Shown here: positions 24,693 through 36,290 of the stretch, in pieces
How positions within the stretch are numbered: position 1 is the first letter of the stretch
How the letters are laid out: each line of letters begins with the position of its first letter
Assembly (NCBI RefSeq): GCF_964188315.1
Contig: NC_135670.1
Coordinates: 11,656,001-11,720,000, forward strand
Origin: Podarcis muralis
Taxonomy: Eukaryota
DNA: 64,000 nt
Direction of reading: 5' to 3'
Made by a program: the position numbers and the translations under genes
The notes under the pieces: generated by a model
The model's database searches: none
What the model saw: only the letters and a program-made list of their open reading frames with translations
What the model was told of the DNA's origin: nothing

Positions 24693-27600
24693 ATCTGCTG
24701 CTGGTTTCTCCACTTTGGGTTTACTTCAGTGAAGGTAGTAATTGACCTTCCCTCTGCTCTCTCTGCCCCCAGCCATGCGCTTCAGGCTCCTCAAGCACAC
24801 AAAGCTAAACGTCGTGGCCTTCCTTAGCGAGCTCCCGAAGACTCAGCATGACATCAACTCCTTTATTGTGGACGTCTGTGCCCAAACGGTGAGTCAGGGG
24901 AGAAGGAACTGGCCAAGCACTTACCGCCTTTCAAGGAGTAGGTGAGGTCAGTGGGCAGGCAACAAGAAAGATGAGGAATGGGTTGTTGGTTGGGCGGAGA
25001 TTTGACTTGCCCCTGGTAACCAGTGGGAGCTGAGAAAAATTGCTACCTCTATGCAGAAAGTCAAAATATGTGTTGTTCAGCTGGAAATCTTGGAATCTGG
25101 AACAAAGTATGATTACATCCCCTCCCCATAAATACATACCCCCCCCCCATTGCTGCTCACTTTTCGATAAAGGCAATTTACTTCCAGGAAAACCATCCAT
25201 AGATCTCTTTTTATGCTGCTACTGTTTCAGTCCTTTTAGCTTGTTTTCAGTTGGCATGATTATAATTGTTTCTATTGCTGTGTATTTATCTTGTAAGCGG
25301 CTGTGAGTATTTCATTACAGAAAGGCGGGGTATACATCTTGATGTTAAACGATGTATATAACATCTGTGTAGGTTGCTGCCACAATCTCTTTGGCCTTGA
25401 GACCCTTCTTTTCTCATTGCAGAACACGCTGCTGTCTTTCACCGTCAATGGGGTCTTCAAGGAAGGTGAGTGTGCTGTTAAAAGCCTGCTTTGTGACACA
25501 TCCTGAACAGTGGGAAAGCCAGAAGACTTGCAGCACCCAGTGCCCCTTCTTGAAAACTCTAACCTGCGCTTTCTTTCTAAATTCTACAGTGGATGGCAAG
25601 TGTCGCGACTCGGTGCGCGCCTTCACCCGTGTGTTCATCGTTGTGCCTGCTGGCAATAATGGGTAAGGGTTATGAGCTTCAGGGCATTGACAAATCCAGG
25701 GATTGCAAGACAGGTGTGTCTCTGAAAGGGGCAGGTATTGGGAGGATGTTGAAATATTTATAGGGGGATGAGAGACAGAGCCTTAGCAGTCATGTCTGTC
25801 AGGAGCTGGGAACGCCAAAGGTTTTTAAAAATAGCCCATGTGCTGGAGGCATTGGGGGATTGGACAGCTAATAGAGGAGCATAATTTCTAGGGGACAGCC
25901 TGGCGCTGGTTGGGGAAGGGCCCTAGCTCAGTGCTAAAGCATCTGCTTTGCATGCAGAAGGTCCTAGACTTAGTCCCAGTATCTCCAGGTAGGGCTGGGA
26001 AAAACTCTCACCTGAAACCCTGGAGAGCTGCTGTCAGTGCAGTAAAGCAAGTCAGTGCAGGCAATACTGAGCTAGACCCAACAGTCTGACTTGGTGTGAG
26101 GCAGCTTCCTGTGTCACAATTCTTGCAAAAGATGTGGGGCTAGCATTGATTTTGGCATTTTCAGAAAGCATGTTAATGTTTAGAAGCAGGGGGATGACAG
26201 ATTAGTCATGCCTTACTTAACAGTTACAGTGTTCCAAAATATATATTCTCAGTAAATTTTAAAGTGGTTCCTTGCAGCACAGTTTTAAAAGCCAGGCCAT
26301 CAAGACAGGTTGATTGCCACTTGTCGAATCTAGCGACAATTCCTTTTTGCTGTAGTTGACTTTCCACAAGAACAGTGGGAGCATGGTTCAAAGAAAACAT
26401 CATGCTGGTGTGTCCCATTTTTTTCTCTGACTTCAGGACCCATTTTACTGAACATTGGCTAGATGCACTTCTAATATTTGCCACACTTTTTACTACTGTT
26501 AGAATATGGTGACCTTCTCTCCTTGGTGAAGGCAGAAGCAAGTATAGTGTCTAGCTGTTGCTCCTTTATTTATGGGAGCATCCTGCAGTGCTTGGCAAGA
26601 GATGCAAGCAAGCAAGCAAGCAAGCTGTAGGAGGTTCTGTTGTATGCATTAGCAGATCCTAACCTCTGCTTGCCGTCAGAGGGGTGGCCAGGAATAGTCA
26701 GGTCTCAGACTGAAAGGGTAGAAGGTGAAAGCATTCTGGCTACTCTACCCTCAATATTTCCTCCTTATGTTGGGTGTAGACTTGCAGCCCCTCCATTAAC
26801 CACTCCTGGCTCTTTTCCCCTCCTCTGCAGGCTGTGCATTGTGAATGATCAGCTATTCATTCGTAAGGCCACCAACAAGGAAATCCGCAAAGCTTTCGTC
26901 ATGCCAGCGCCCACGCCCTCCTCCAGCCCGGTACCCACGCTCACGGCAGAGCAGCAGGAAATGCTGCAGAATTTCTCACTGCAGTCGGGCATGAATCTTG
27001 AGTGGTCTCAGAAGTGAGTCTGGAGTTGCTGGGGGCTGGCAGTTGGGAAAAAGGAGTGGGAGATGGTCTTGAGATCAGGGTGGGGGGCAGGGAGGAAAAA
27101 TGAGATTAGGTTAGGCTGCTGCCTCATTGCTTTATCATCTCCCCCTACCCTTGCCCAGGTGCCTCTTGGACAATGATTGGAACTACGCTCATGCAGCCCA
27201 GGTTTTTACCCAGCTCAAGGTGAGTGCCCTAGTGCCTTTCTAGAGTGAGACCACCAGAACCTGCTGCCAGGCTTAAGAACTGGAGACAGAAAGTGATGGC
27301 TGGGATGGATTTGCACTGCACTGCAGTTCTGTTACAGGGGAGAAGCCTGGGTGGCTTTTCCTTCATTCTCAGGGTCTGATGTGCCGTATTTGAGGGTCAT
27401 GTTTTCCCCCAGAGGAAGTTTGCAAGGAAAGCCATCCCCTATGTAATATGCCTTGATGTGTGTATTCAGAGTTATTTGAAGCGAGAGAATCCAGAAACCA
27501 TTGCTGTTGGTTTCTGCTCTTTTGCTTTTCACCCATAGTGCAGTAATGAGAAGCTGATATGTAGCAGACTTTGCCTTTGGACGGGTGACTGTCCTCAGAA

Positions 27601-27844
27601 TATTTTGTCCCCTTACTGGCCTCTTAACTGACCTTTGGAAGAGGAGTCAAGTCCGGATTTGGGAAAACTTTTTTATCACAACCCTGTGAGCCTGGGGAAA
27701 ACCCCTGGGTTCTGTTGACAGCTTCGTGTTTGTCTCAGTCTCCTTGTTAGAACCAGACATGGAGGAGAGGTGGTTGCTGTTAACTTCTTACTCTTCCTTT
27801 TCTAGGCTGAGGGGAAGATCCCAGAAGTGGCGTTCATCAACTGA
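10647..27844 (+). CDS. NXF1: Nuclear RNA export factor 1 (TAP), complete, about 625 aa
   Basis: Exons 10647-10677, 12050-12263, 13499-13640, 16686-16769, 17765-17869, 18282-18362, 18715-18784, 18936-19024, 19486-19593, 19694-19803, 22315-22351, 22444-22512, 22743-22798, 23548-23655, 24234-24292, 24773-24888, 25423-25465, 25590-25662, 26831-27013, 27159-27219, 27806-27844. All are GT-AG, sum to 1878 nt and stay open. They encode RRM ([12 protein letters not shown]), LRR ([11 protein letters not shown]), NTF2-like ([28 protein letters not shown]) and UBA ([13 protein letters not shown]...IPEVAFIN*) domains. AATAAA at 27914-27919. Confidence 0.98.
20517..20613 (+). promoter_or_regulatory. Constitutive transport element (CTE) RNA hairpin in NXF1 intron 10
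   Basis: AGCCAGTGACGGGTAAGA (20543-20560) and AACCTAAGACAGGCACAGCC (20578-20597) match the two strands of the type-D retrovirus CTE internal loop as recalled. Stems: TTCCTT/AAGGAA (20561-20576), GGCTG/CAGCC (20535-39/20593-97) and CGTTTGGC/GCCAAACG (20517-24/20606-13). Confidence 0.92.
21186..21234 (+). other. Candidate decoy/poison exon in NXF1 intron 10
   Basis: Long polypyrimidine tract then CAG acceptor (21183-21185). Two donors: GG|GTGAGT (21219) and CAG|GTAAGT (21235). In-frame TAA at 21202-21204. Confidence 0.6.
23087..23447 (+). mobile_element. Sauria SINE in NXF1 intron 13
   Basis: Same family as 6584-6950. TSD TACCCARTACAAT at 23074-86 / 23448-60. Confidence 0.9.
25912..26115 (+). 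mobile_element. tRNA-Ala-like squamate SINE
   Basis: TAGCTCAGTG...TTTGCATGCAGAAGGTCC head and CCTGGAGAGCTGCTG...GAGGCAGCTTCCT body. Related copies at about 45660-45800, 54085-54215, 56010-56180 (-), 61400-61540 (-) and 62205-62365. Confidence 0.7.
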
Positions 27845-28817
27845 GCGTTTGCCACCATTGCCCTTACCAAAGCCAGCCAAGCAGCGTTTTATCCTTTGGG
27901 TTCTTGTTTTGTAAATAAATGAAAGTTTCACTATGTAAATTAAAGAGACTCCTACCCTGTTGTGACTGTGAAGGCTGCACCTGTCCGTGTTGCCATTGGA
28001 CTGTGGGCAAAAGCAGTGAAAACAGGCCCTTGTGGAAGAGGCAGCACCTCCTGCCTGCAGCGGCAGATGGCGTGAAGAATTGCTGTGTACACTGATTTTC
28101 TAACAGACACTGACGACCGTGGAAATTTGGAGGAAAGGCACTTGGATCGTTTCTGGGTTCTCCCACCTCCCTTTTAATTTGAAAAGCTGATTTTTAGCAT
28201 CCCCCTCCGCTGCTACCGACTTGGGAGTTGAGTCTTGTATGTGCCTAGAGTAAGAAGTAGTCAGTAGTTCTCAACATGCAACAAGGGTTATATCCCTAGA
28301 GGGCAGGGGGAATGGTAAACCTCCAACCTGCAAAAGGAAGAGGCGGCAGCAGCACCCACCCCTGTGTCCTTTGAGGCACAATTGATCATCCTGATGGTGC
28401 CAGAGAGAGAGTGGGTTTCCTAGTTCTAGGTTGCTTTAGAGGACTTTAGGTATGTGAGACCCCGTATGGATGGATGGCCTCTGAAGCACAGCCCTTGCAG
28501 GACGTCGGATTTGCTGTCACTCACTGCTTAAATGAGAGGAAGCTTTGGGGTCTGCACACCTAGCAAGCTGTAGCTTCCGTGTTTCTTTTCTGCCTGTAGT
28601 TCTTGAAAACACTGTGTTTAGTAAAATTGTTATTAAAACCATGGTGCGCATTCATGTGATGGTGTTTTAAACTAGAGATAAGATCACTTCCTTTTACTAT
28701 GTGGATTCCCCCCCCCCCCCTGTTTTTGTCATGCACGACTTATACTTGTGGAAGTTCTGTCAAATGTACAAATTATGTAAATAAGCATACCTTCCCATCT
28801 TTCACAATCTTCTATTA

Positions 28818-29061
28818 CAGTGGTACCTCGGGTTAAGTACTTAATTCGTTCCAGAGGTCCGTTCTTAACGTGAACCTGTTCTTAACCTGAAGCACCACTT
28901 TAGCTAATGGGGCCTCCCGCTGCTGCCGCGCCGCCAGAGCATGATTTCTGTTCTCATCCTGAAGCAAAGTTCTTAACCTGAAGCACTATTTCTGGGTTAG
29001 CGAAGTCTGTAACCTCTGAAGCATATGTAACCTGAAGCATATGTAACCTGAGGTACCATTG
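28818..29061. mobile_element. Tigger-like MITE, same family as 6354
   Basis: CAGTGGTACCTCGGGTT...GAGGTACCATTG with TA flanks. Confidence 0.85.
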
Positions 29062-29904
29062 TACTTTAAAAAGAAGTGTGTAGGGAGGTTCTAATGCTTT
29101 GGCCTCCTGACCTGAGTTTATCCTGCTTTCTCTGAAAAGGAGAGCAAGGTTATGTTATCATTAATTTCTTCCCTGTGGAAGATGGCTCCTCTTGCAGCCC
29201 TGGAGATCTGCAAGATCCCCTGCTCCGTGTTACATACAGAGATGTCACTCAGTGACCCAGGAGTCTTGGACGAAGCTTTATTTTTTAAGACTGTGATGGA
29301 GAAGGGTGTTATCCAACCCTGAATTGTGCTTAGGTGACCAGAATTAGTTGGAAGGGGACTCACAACTCAAGTCCAAACCCTTTATCAGTGCAGGGAATCC
29401 ACTGCTACAACAATCCTGATAGATAGCTATCCACTTTTAGTCTAAATCCTTTTTAAATTTTATTTTTCATTTTTTAAACAAAATTTATATACAATTTTTT
29501 CTTAGTCTAAATCCTTTTGTAATTCGAACCTGTCAGTTTGGGTCCTACCCTCTGAGCAACAGAAAATAAATTGGCTCTGTGATTTATGCCAGGCGTAGTG
29601 AATGTAGACTTCCTTTTTACTCATCCTGGCCTCTACAATAGCTCTTCAGGTTTCATCAACTCTTAATCTGTCATCCAGGTTGGACAGACCTAATTTATTC
29701 AACCTTTCCTCTTAGAGTTTGGGTCTCTAGATCCCTCTCCATCTTTGTCACCTATCCTCTGTACACAACACATGTAGTCTCTTTTTAAAATGATTGTTGC
29801 AGCTCCTGGCGCTCCACAAACTGCACTCTTCACAATTTGACAATTCTCTAGGGGAAAGTATGTGCTTTCAAGGTATCGTGCACTTCCTCAGCCTTGCCAG
29901 TTTT

Positions 29905-30076
29905 GGTAACTGACCGGAAGCTAAGGCTGCCCTCCCCAAAGATGGCGCCCGAAACGAGCATCCGCCTATGACTGTAGAGAAGGGGAAGTGGGTTAAAAAG
30001 AAAAGGGAGGGGAGAAATACTACAATTCCCATGAGCCTCTTGGGCTGCAGCTGACCTTGGCAAAAGCGGTTCAAGA
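29905..30076 (+). promoter_or_regulatory. TMEM223 promoter
   Basis: ETS ACCGGAAG (29913-29920) and YY1-type AAGATGGCG (29939-29947) immediately upstream of a CpG-rich coding exon. Confidence 0.6.
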
Positions 30077-32457
30077 ATGTTGCACTGCACATGGCGAGCT
30101 GGGCTGCGGATCGGGGGGCTGGCAGGTGGGGGAGCTGGAAGCTGCGGGGTTTGGAGGCTCTGGGGCCTCACGGGTCCTGTGCGCTTTTGGAGCTGGGGCG
30201 CGCAAAGGGCTCCCGGCGCGGAGCTGCCTCGGCGATGGGGCGCCCGGGGCGTGCAGACCGCCTTCCCGTTGGATACTAATGTGCCCCGGGATGTCTTGCT
30301 TTTCCAGCACGATCGAGGCCGTTTTTTCCGTATTCTCGGGCTGTTCTGCGCCGGCCAGTTCGTGTTCTGGGCGTATCTGGCACACTTCGCTTTCCACGGC
30401 TTGCGGGATGTTAGGGCGAGCCGGCCAGAGCCGGATCCCCAGCATGGGGAGCGCCCTCTGCCAACTCTACCGGGAGGAGCCACGATACAGTTGAGCTCCA
30501 ACAAGTGGCGCTTCGGTTTCACTGCGTCTTGCCTGACCGTGGGTAAGGAAGGGCTGGATTGCGCTGCCCGCTCCTCCTCCGGGGTTACTTATTAGCATTG
30601 GTTGCTCTTCGTTCTTATAGAATTGTGGAATTGGAAAGGACCACGAGGGTCATCTATTCCAACCCCCTGCAATGCAGGAATCGTTTTGGCCAGCATGGGG
30701 CTTGAACTCATAACCTCGAGAAGTTTACAATATAAATTGCAATCTTACTTTCATGAAATTGTAGGTTTGCTTCTTGTTGGTGGCAGATAGTATGTGGGGC
30801 ACAGCAGGAAAATGTATCCAAACGTAATATTGTGGGTTGCAGATCCATGGGTTGTAGCCAACCAAGTTCTACCCCCAAATAGATCCATCGAAATTAATTT
30901 ATCTAAGTAAGGCCCCTATCTAGGGACGCGGGTGGCGCTGTGGGTAAAACCTCAGTGCCTAGGACTTGCTGATCGCATGGTCGGCGGTTCGAATCCCCGC
31001 GGCGGGGTGCGCTCCCGTCGTTCAGTCCCAGCGCCTGCCAACCTAGCAGTTCGAAAGCACCTTCGGGTGCAAGTAGATAAATAGGGACCGCTTTCTAGTG
31101 GGAAGGTAAACGGCGTTTCCGTGTGCGGCTCTGGCTCGCCAGAGCAGCGATGTCATGCTGGCCACGTGACCCGGAAGTGTCTGCGGACAGCGCTGGCTCC
31201 CGGCCTATAGAGTGAGATGAGCGCACAACCCTAGAGTCTGGCAAGACTGGCCCGTACGGGCAGGGGTACCTTTACCTTTACCTTTTTAAGGCCCCTATCT
31301 GCACTATACATTTAGAGCAGTATCATTACCACTTTAAACAGGAACTGTAGTTGTTAACAGTACTGAGAGTTGTTAGGAAACCTCCCCTGTCATTTCCCCC
31401 ACAGAACTACGATTCCCAGAGTTTCCTGGAAAGAAGGATTGATTGTTAAGCCACTCTGGAAAGTGTAACTCTGTGGTGGGGAATAGGGGTCTCCTAACAA
31501 CTGTCAGCACCACTAACAAATGGCAGGCCCTGGAATTCTTTGGAGGAAGCCATGACTGTTAAGGTGGCATAATATTGCTTTAAATATAAGGTGCAGATGA
31601 GGCCTCAGCCATGCTCCTTTGTTTCATGGGGTCTACTCTGAGTAGAATTAACACGGATACAACCCAATAAAAATAAGGCACTCCCTGCCCAACTCAGGCT
31701 TATAACCAGGACCAAGGATCAGATCCAACATCCATGACTGGGGCAGGCGTAGTCTGAAACATCCATTAAGGCACCAGGTTGACACAGGCACCCAAATGTA
31801 TCAAAGCAGGCGCAAGTCCAGTTTCTGTGGGAAATTGCACAGGGTGGCTGCTACCACAAAACAGGCCTTTCCTTGACATAGGTCTGTCACAGCTCAGCTG
31901 GCAGAAGCACCTGGGCCATGAAGGTCTTTGAAGGTCACAATCTCTTTGAATCGGGTCCAAAACCAGAGTAGGAGCATGTGCATTGGCGAAGCGCTAGTAC
32001 ATGATGATTAAATTTCCTAGTCAGAAACCCAGCAACTGAATTCTGAACCACCTGCCATTTCTGAACCATCTCCCAAGGCAGCCTTAGGATTTATCAGGCA
32101 TTGCAGTAGCCTGACCACTTGGTTATCTCAGCTCGACTTGACATCCTGCTCTGTTCCTTTGCAGGTTCTCTGATCTTGGCGGCAGGTTTTGTCTTTTCCC
32201 GACGCTCTGTGAGCCGGATCTTGCTGCACCGAGGTGGGCAGGAGGTGACCTTTACCACCTATTACCCCTTGGGCTGGACCTCGTCCTTCACGGTCCCTCT
32301 TCGCCATGTTTCCTGCATGTCCCATCGTACGGAGGTGCCGGCGATGATGCCACTCAAGGTTAAGGGGAGAGCCTTCTATTTCCTGTTGGACAAACAGGGA
32401 CGGATCACCAACACAAAGCTTTTTGACATCACTGTTGGCGCCTATCGCAAGCTGTGA
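30077..32457 (+). CDS. TMEM223: Transmembrane protein 223 (mitochondrial inner membrane), about 252 aa; start codon uncertain
   Basis: Exon 30077-30542 (...RDVLLFQHDRGRFFRILGLFCAGQFVFWA...CLTV G|gtaag) joins in phase 1 to exon 32165-32457 (GSLILAAGFVFSRRSV...VPLRHVSCMSHRTEVPAMMPLKVKGRAFYFLLDKQG...LFDITVGAYRKL*). It lies directly downstream of NXF1, as in mammals. Confidence 0.93.
30922..31286 (+). mobile_element. Sauria SINE (second subfamily) in the TMEM223 intron
   Basis: GGGACGCGGGTGGCGCTGTGGG head, (ACCTTT)n tail, 14-bp TSD TAAGGCCCCTATCT (30908-21 / 31287-300). Confidence 0.9.
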
Positions 32458-33624
32458 GGCACAGCACTGCTAGAGGGAAAAGGCGCAGGAGAGGGCCCGT
32501 CCTGCATCCTGGGCTGTTGTGCAGATGGAGAAAGATGGACTGGCCACATCCGGCCGACAGATCCCAGGCCTAGAAGCAGCTCTTAAATGGCTTCTTAGCC
32601 CTTCTGTGCTTTGAAAAAGACAATTGATGCATGATGTTTTGGGGTAAATGGAAGCTCATCTGGAGAGAGAGAGGGGGGGGGGGAATGAGAGAAAGAGAGA
32701 CTGAGATTGCACAGAGTTGCCCTGGATCCTGAGTTGATTAGCTTGTTTTTTAAAAATCTAGAAAGCACCAACCTGATTTTTGCAGGGTTTTTTCGTACCT
32801 CCCAACACACCCCAGCTGCATTCACAGTACATTTTTCTCTGTAATCTTTGGGATGACAGAGGGGGGTGGGAAATGTGTGCTTGTGTCTTGGTAGCAAGAA
32901 TTATGGTGGTTGTGATGGCTGCTTGTTTGATCTCCAGGAACTCATCCTGCCTTAACTGGAGATCATTGAATTTCTCCTTTGTAGAGTTGCCACCTTTATT
33001 TCTGGAGAGGCTCCTGTGCTTTTTAACAGGGAGAGCAAGGGAGGGGAACCGTTTTTCAGCTCAAGGGCCACATTTCCTTCTGGGCAGCCTTCTGAGGGCC
33101 ACCTGCCAGTGGGGGGGGGCAGAGGCAAAAGTGAAAGGAACAATGAATGTAAACCTGACTTTTGTTAGAGTAAAGTAGCTTCTACACACAGCAATCTGTA
33201 TCCTCCATCCATACAACCAGGAGGCATTATCAGAGTTCAAGGCCACATTCCAGCCAGGCAGACACCTTCATGATGGGAAATGGGGCTGGTGAGGTATGGC
33301 ATGGGGAGAGTTCTGAGGGCCAGACAGAGAGGCCTGGAGGGCCACACTTGGCCCTTGGGCCTGAGATTCCCTATCTCTGAGGAAATGTGATAGACACTGA
33401 ACAGTAAAGTTCATGTGCCCCCCATTCCCTGTCACTGCCTTCCCGTTCCATGATCATTTCACCTGCTGAATTTCTGTCTGCCCCCCCCTCCCCAAGTGTT
33501 GTGGGGAGAGGGGCCCAGCCAAAGTTGACAATTGTCTCCTGTCTTCTTCCATTTCGGTGTGGTCCCACCAGCCACTGCCAAGTCTTGTTTTCCCGCTTGA
33601 GCAGAAGCTTCCTTGGCCGCTCTG

Positions 33625-33752
33625 GTTGCCATGGAAACATGTTGGCCTTAGTGGCATCAAGATGGCTGCCGTGTGGAAAGGGGAGCTAGGCGGCGGTGAG
33701 ACTCCGGACATGCGGCTGGGAAGGAGAGAGCTAGAGAAGGAGGGGAGACGAG
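33625..33752 (+). promoter_or_regulatory. RFX X-box promoter and putative first exon of an unidentified transcript
   Basis: X-box GTTGCCATGGAAAC (33625-33638), CAAGATGGCTGCC (YY1/Kozak, ATG 33662) and donor GAG|GTAACT at 33753. Confidence 0.45.
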
Positions 33753-35829
33753 GTAACTGTCTGCCGCTTCCGAAAGTAGCTTTTGAAGCCCCTGCTAACC
33801 TTGTGTTTCTCATTCTCAGCCAGCCTCCCCTTCCGCTCCCCACCCAGTTCTTTTGCATTAATTTCTAAAAGCAACGACGATAGACTAAAGCCCCCCCCCC
33901 CCCGCTCTCAGAAGTGTGGCACTCTGTGCATGCTCAGGGGGAGGCAGTTGATTAAGCCCCTTGTTCAAGCCGTTTTATGGCTTGCGAAATAATAACCTTG
34001 TGGGCCTCTGTCCAATGGATTTCATGTTGGGTCCATTTTTAATCACCCGACCCTCTTTTTCCTCTCTTAACATATATAGGAAACCCAATTTGATAGTATT
34101 ATTAATTATAAGGATTTTTCTTGCCACTTCTCAAAAAAATCATAAAATAGTAGACAGGGGTCTTGTAGGTGCTCCCAGCAGCAAACAGCCCCCCCCCCCG
34201 TCTCTTTTTAGCTTCACAACATCCCTGTGAGGTAGGTTAGGTGGAGAGAGGAAGGGAGGGAGTAACCAGCCCAAGACCACCCAGTAAGCTTCATGACTAA
34301 GTGGAGGATTTGAACCTGGGTCGTCTGTCAAGCAATCTAACCTTGTTGGTTTAGCACAGGGGTGGGGAACCCTTTTTTCAGGCCCAGGGACGCATTCCCT
34401 TCTGTGCATCTTTCCAAGGCCCACATAGCAGTGGTGACTGGGGCCAGAGGCAAAAATGGCTGGAGCAATTAATGTAGATGTTAGCTTTGTACAACAGGCT
34501 CGCTTCTTCAGGCATGCTCCCATCTCTGTCCTCCATCCAGAGGTGCTCTGTCCTCCATCCAGTAGCTAGGGTGATCTTGCGCCCCTGGCAGAACCTTCCA
34601 GATTGCACCCCCAAGCCACAGACAAAGTAGCTCTTTCTGCCTCTCCTCCCCCTCCCACCCATTCAATTCACCCTCTATTTAAAACCATTTCTTATGAGGC
34701 AATAATCGATATTTATGGACATTTTTAGTCGGTTTTGCGCCCGCTCCATTGCCTGGTGCCCCTGGCAGGGCCCACCTCGCCACCCCCAGCTATGGCCCTG
34801 CCTCCTTCCAGACAAGTACAAGGTATCGCCAGAGTTCAGAGGCATATTTCAGCCAAGCAAAAACACTCAAGGGTGTTTGAAGCAGAGCTGGAGATGGGGT
34901 GTGGCGTGAAGAGAATTCCAAGGGCCAGATAGGGTTAGAGGGCCGCATTTGGCCTTCAAACCCGAGGATCCCAACCCCAGTTTAAACAGTATGCAAGTTA
35001 AGAACCATATGTTTTCTCTTTCTTCTCCCTGTCCTTTCCATTCTGGAAAATGGCAGCAACTCCCTCCCCCCTTCCTGCTACATCACATTCCCATTTTGGG
35101 TGGCTCAGTTGCCTTGAGAGAGCCTTTCGGACCCCCTCCTCTCCTTCCCCTACCCCACAAAATAAACCACCCTTTATTTTATTTTAAATTGTTCCGGGGT
35201 TTCAGTGCAGCCCCTCCCTAGGAAGCTGTGGAAGAATACTGCTGGATTAGCCTTAACACTAGGCCAAAGTCCCAAGTCTCTCTGACCTCGACCAAAGCAT
35301 TTTGCTGAAAGCGTTTAGGTCCAGTTGGAGTCAAGGTGATGCAAGTCGCTCAGATTAGGGAGAAGAAACATAAGAAGCTGCCTTATGCTGTCTCAAATCC
35401 TTGGTCCGTCTTGCTCAGTTCTGTCTACACTGACTGGCAGCGGCTCTCCAGAGCAGAGCATCTTTCCCAGCTTGACCTGGAGATGTCATTGTGCAAAGCA
35501 GATGCTCTACAAATGGAGCTAAATCCTCGCAAAGAGAAACCCAGTACACCAAGGAAAAGGGTTGTAAGCCTAGCTGCCTCCCTGATCTGCTAGGTTTTTT
35601 AATGTACTGGGAATATTGCTCTTAGGATAGGAGGGAGCATTTGGCAATGTGAGTTATGAATCTTGAACTCTGCCCCCACTCTGTTGTGCCTTATAATTTT
35701 AAGATGCCGGGGATTGAACCAGGGATCATCTTCTTGCAAAACCCCTGAGCTATGGAGGGAAGAGACTCCCAGGCAAGTTTGAGAGGTTGCAGCTTAGTGG
35801 CAGAGCCACTGTTTTGCATGCAGTAGGTG

Positions 35830-36290
35830 TTTAAAATAGAGAGGAGTTTTAAGATTATGCATGGTATAAAGAAAGTGGATTGGGAGAAGGTTTCTCTACC
35901 CCCAAACCTCATAATACCAGAACCAGGGGACGGACAACAAAAAGAAGTACTTTCTTCACACAGCATGTACTTGGGACTGTGAAGTTTGCTCCAACAAGAG
36001 GCACTGATGGCTAACCAACTGGGATGGCTTTAAAGGAGGATTAGACAAAGTCATGGAATATAAGGCTATCAGTGGACACTAAGCCTGATGGTGATATTCT
36101 CTCGCCACTGTTGGGGGCAGTGATGCGCCTCTGAATACCAGTTGCTGGGAATCACAAATGGGGAGAGTTGCTGTTGCATTTATGTGCTGCTGGTGGGCTT
36201 CCCATTGGGGCATCCCTTTGGCCACTGTGAGAACAGGATGCAGGACTAGATGGGTCTTTGGGAGGATCCAGCTGCCAGGCTCTTAACTAT
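35830..36290 (+). mobile_element. CR1 LINE 3' fragment
   Basis: TTTCTTCACACAGC...GGATGGCTTTAAAGGAGGATTAGACAAA...GGCTATCA is typical of a CR1 3' end. A minus-strand CR1 tail also lies at about 15003-15130. Confidence 0.65.

Noticed and set aside
25912-25990. tRNA-like sequences here and at 49400-49449/50914-50953
   Set aside because: Degenerate, multi-copy and fused to SINE bodies, so they are SINE heads rather than tRNA genes.
29848-30522. 224-aa minus-strand ORF
   Set aside because: Antisense shadow of GC-rich TMEM223 exon 1.
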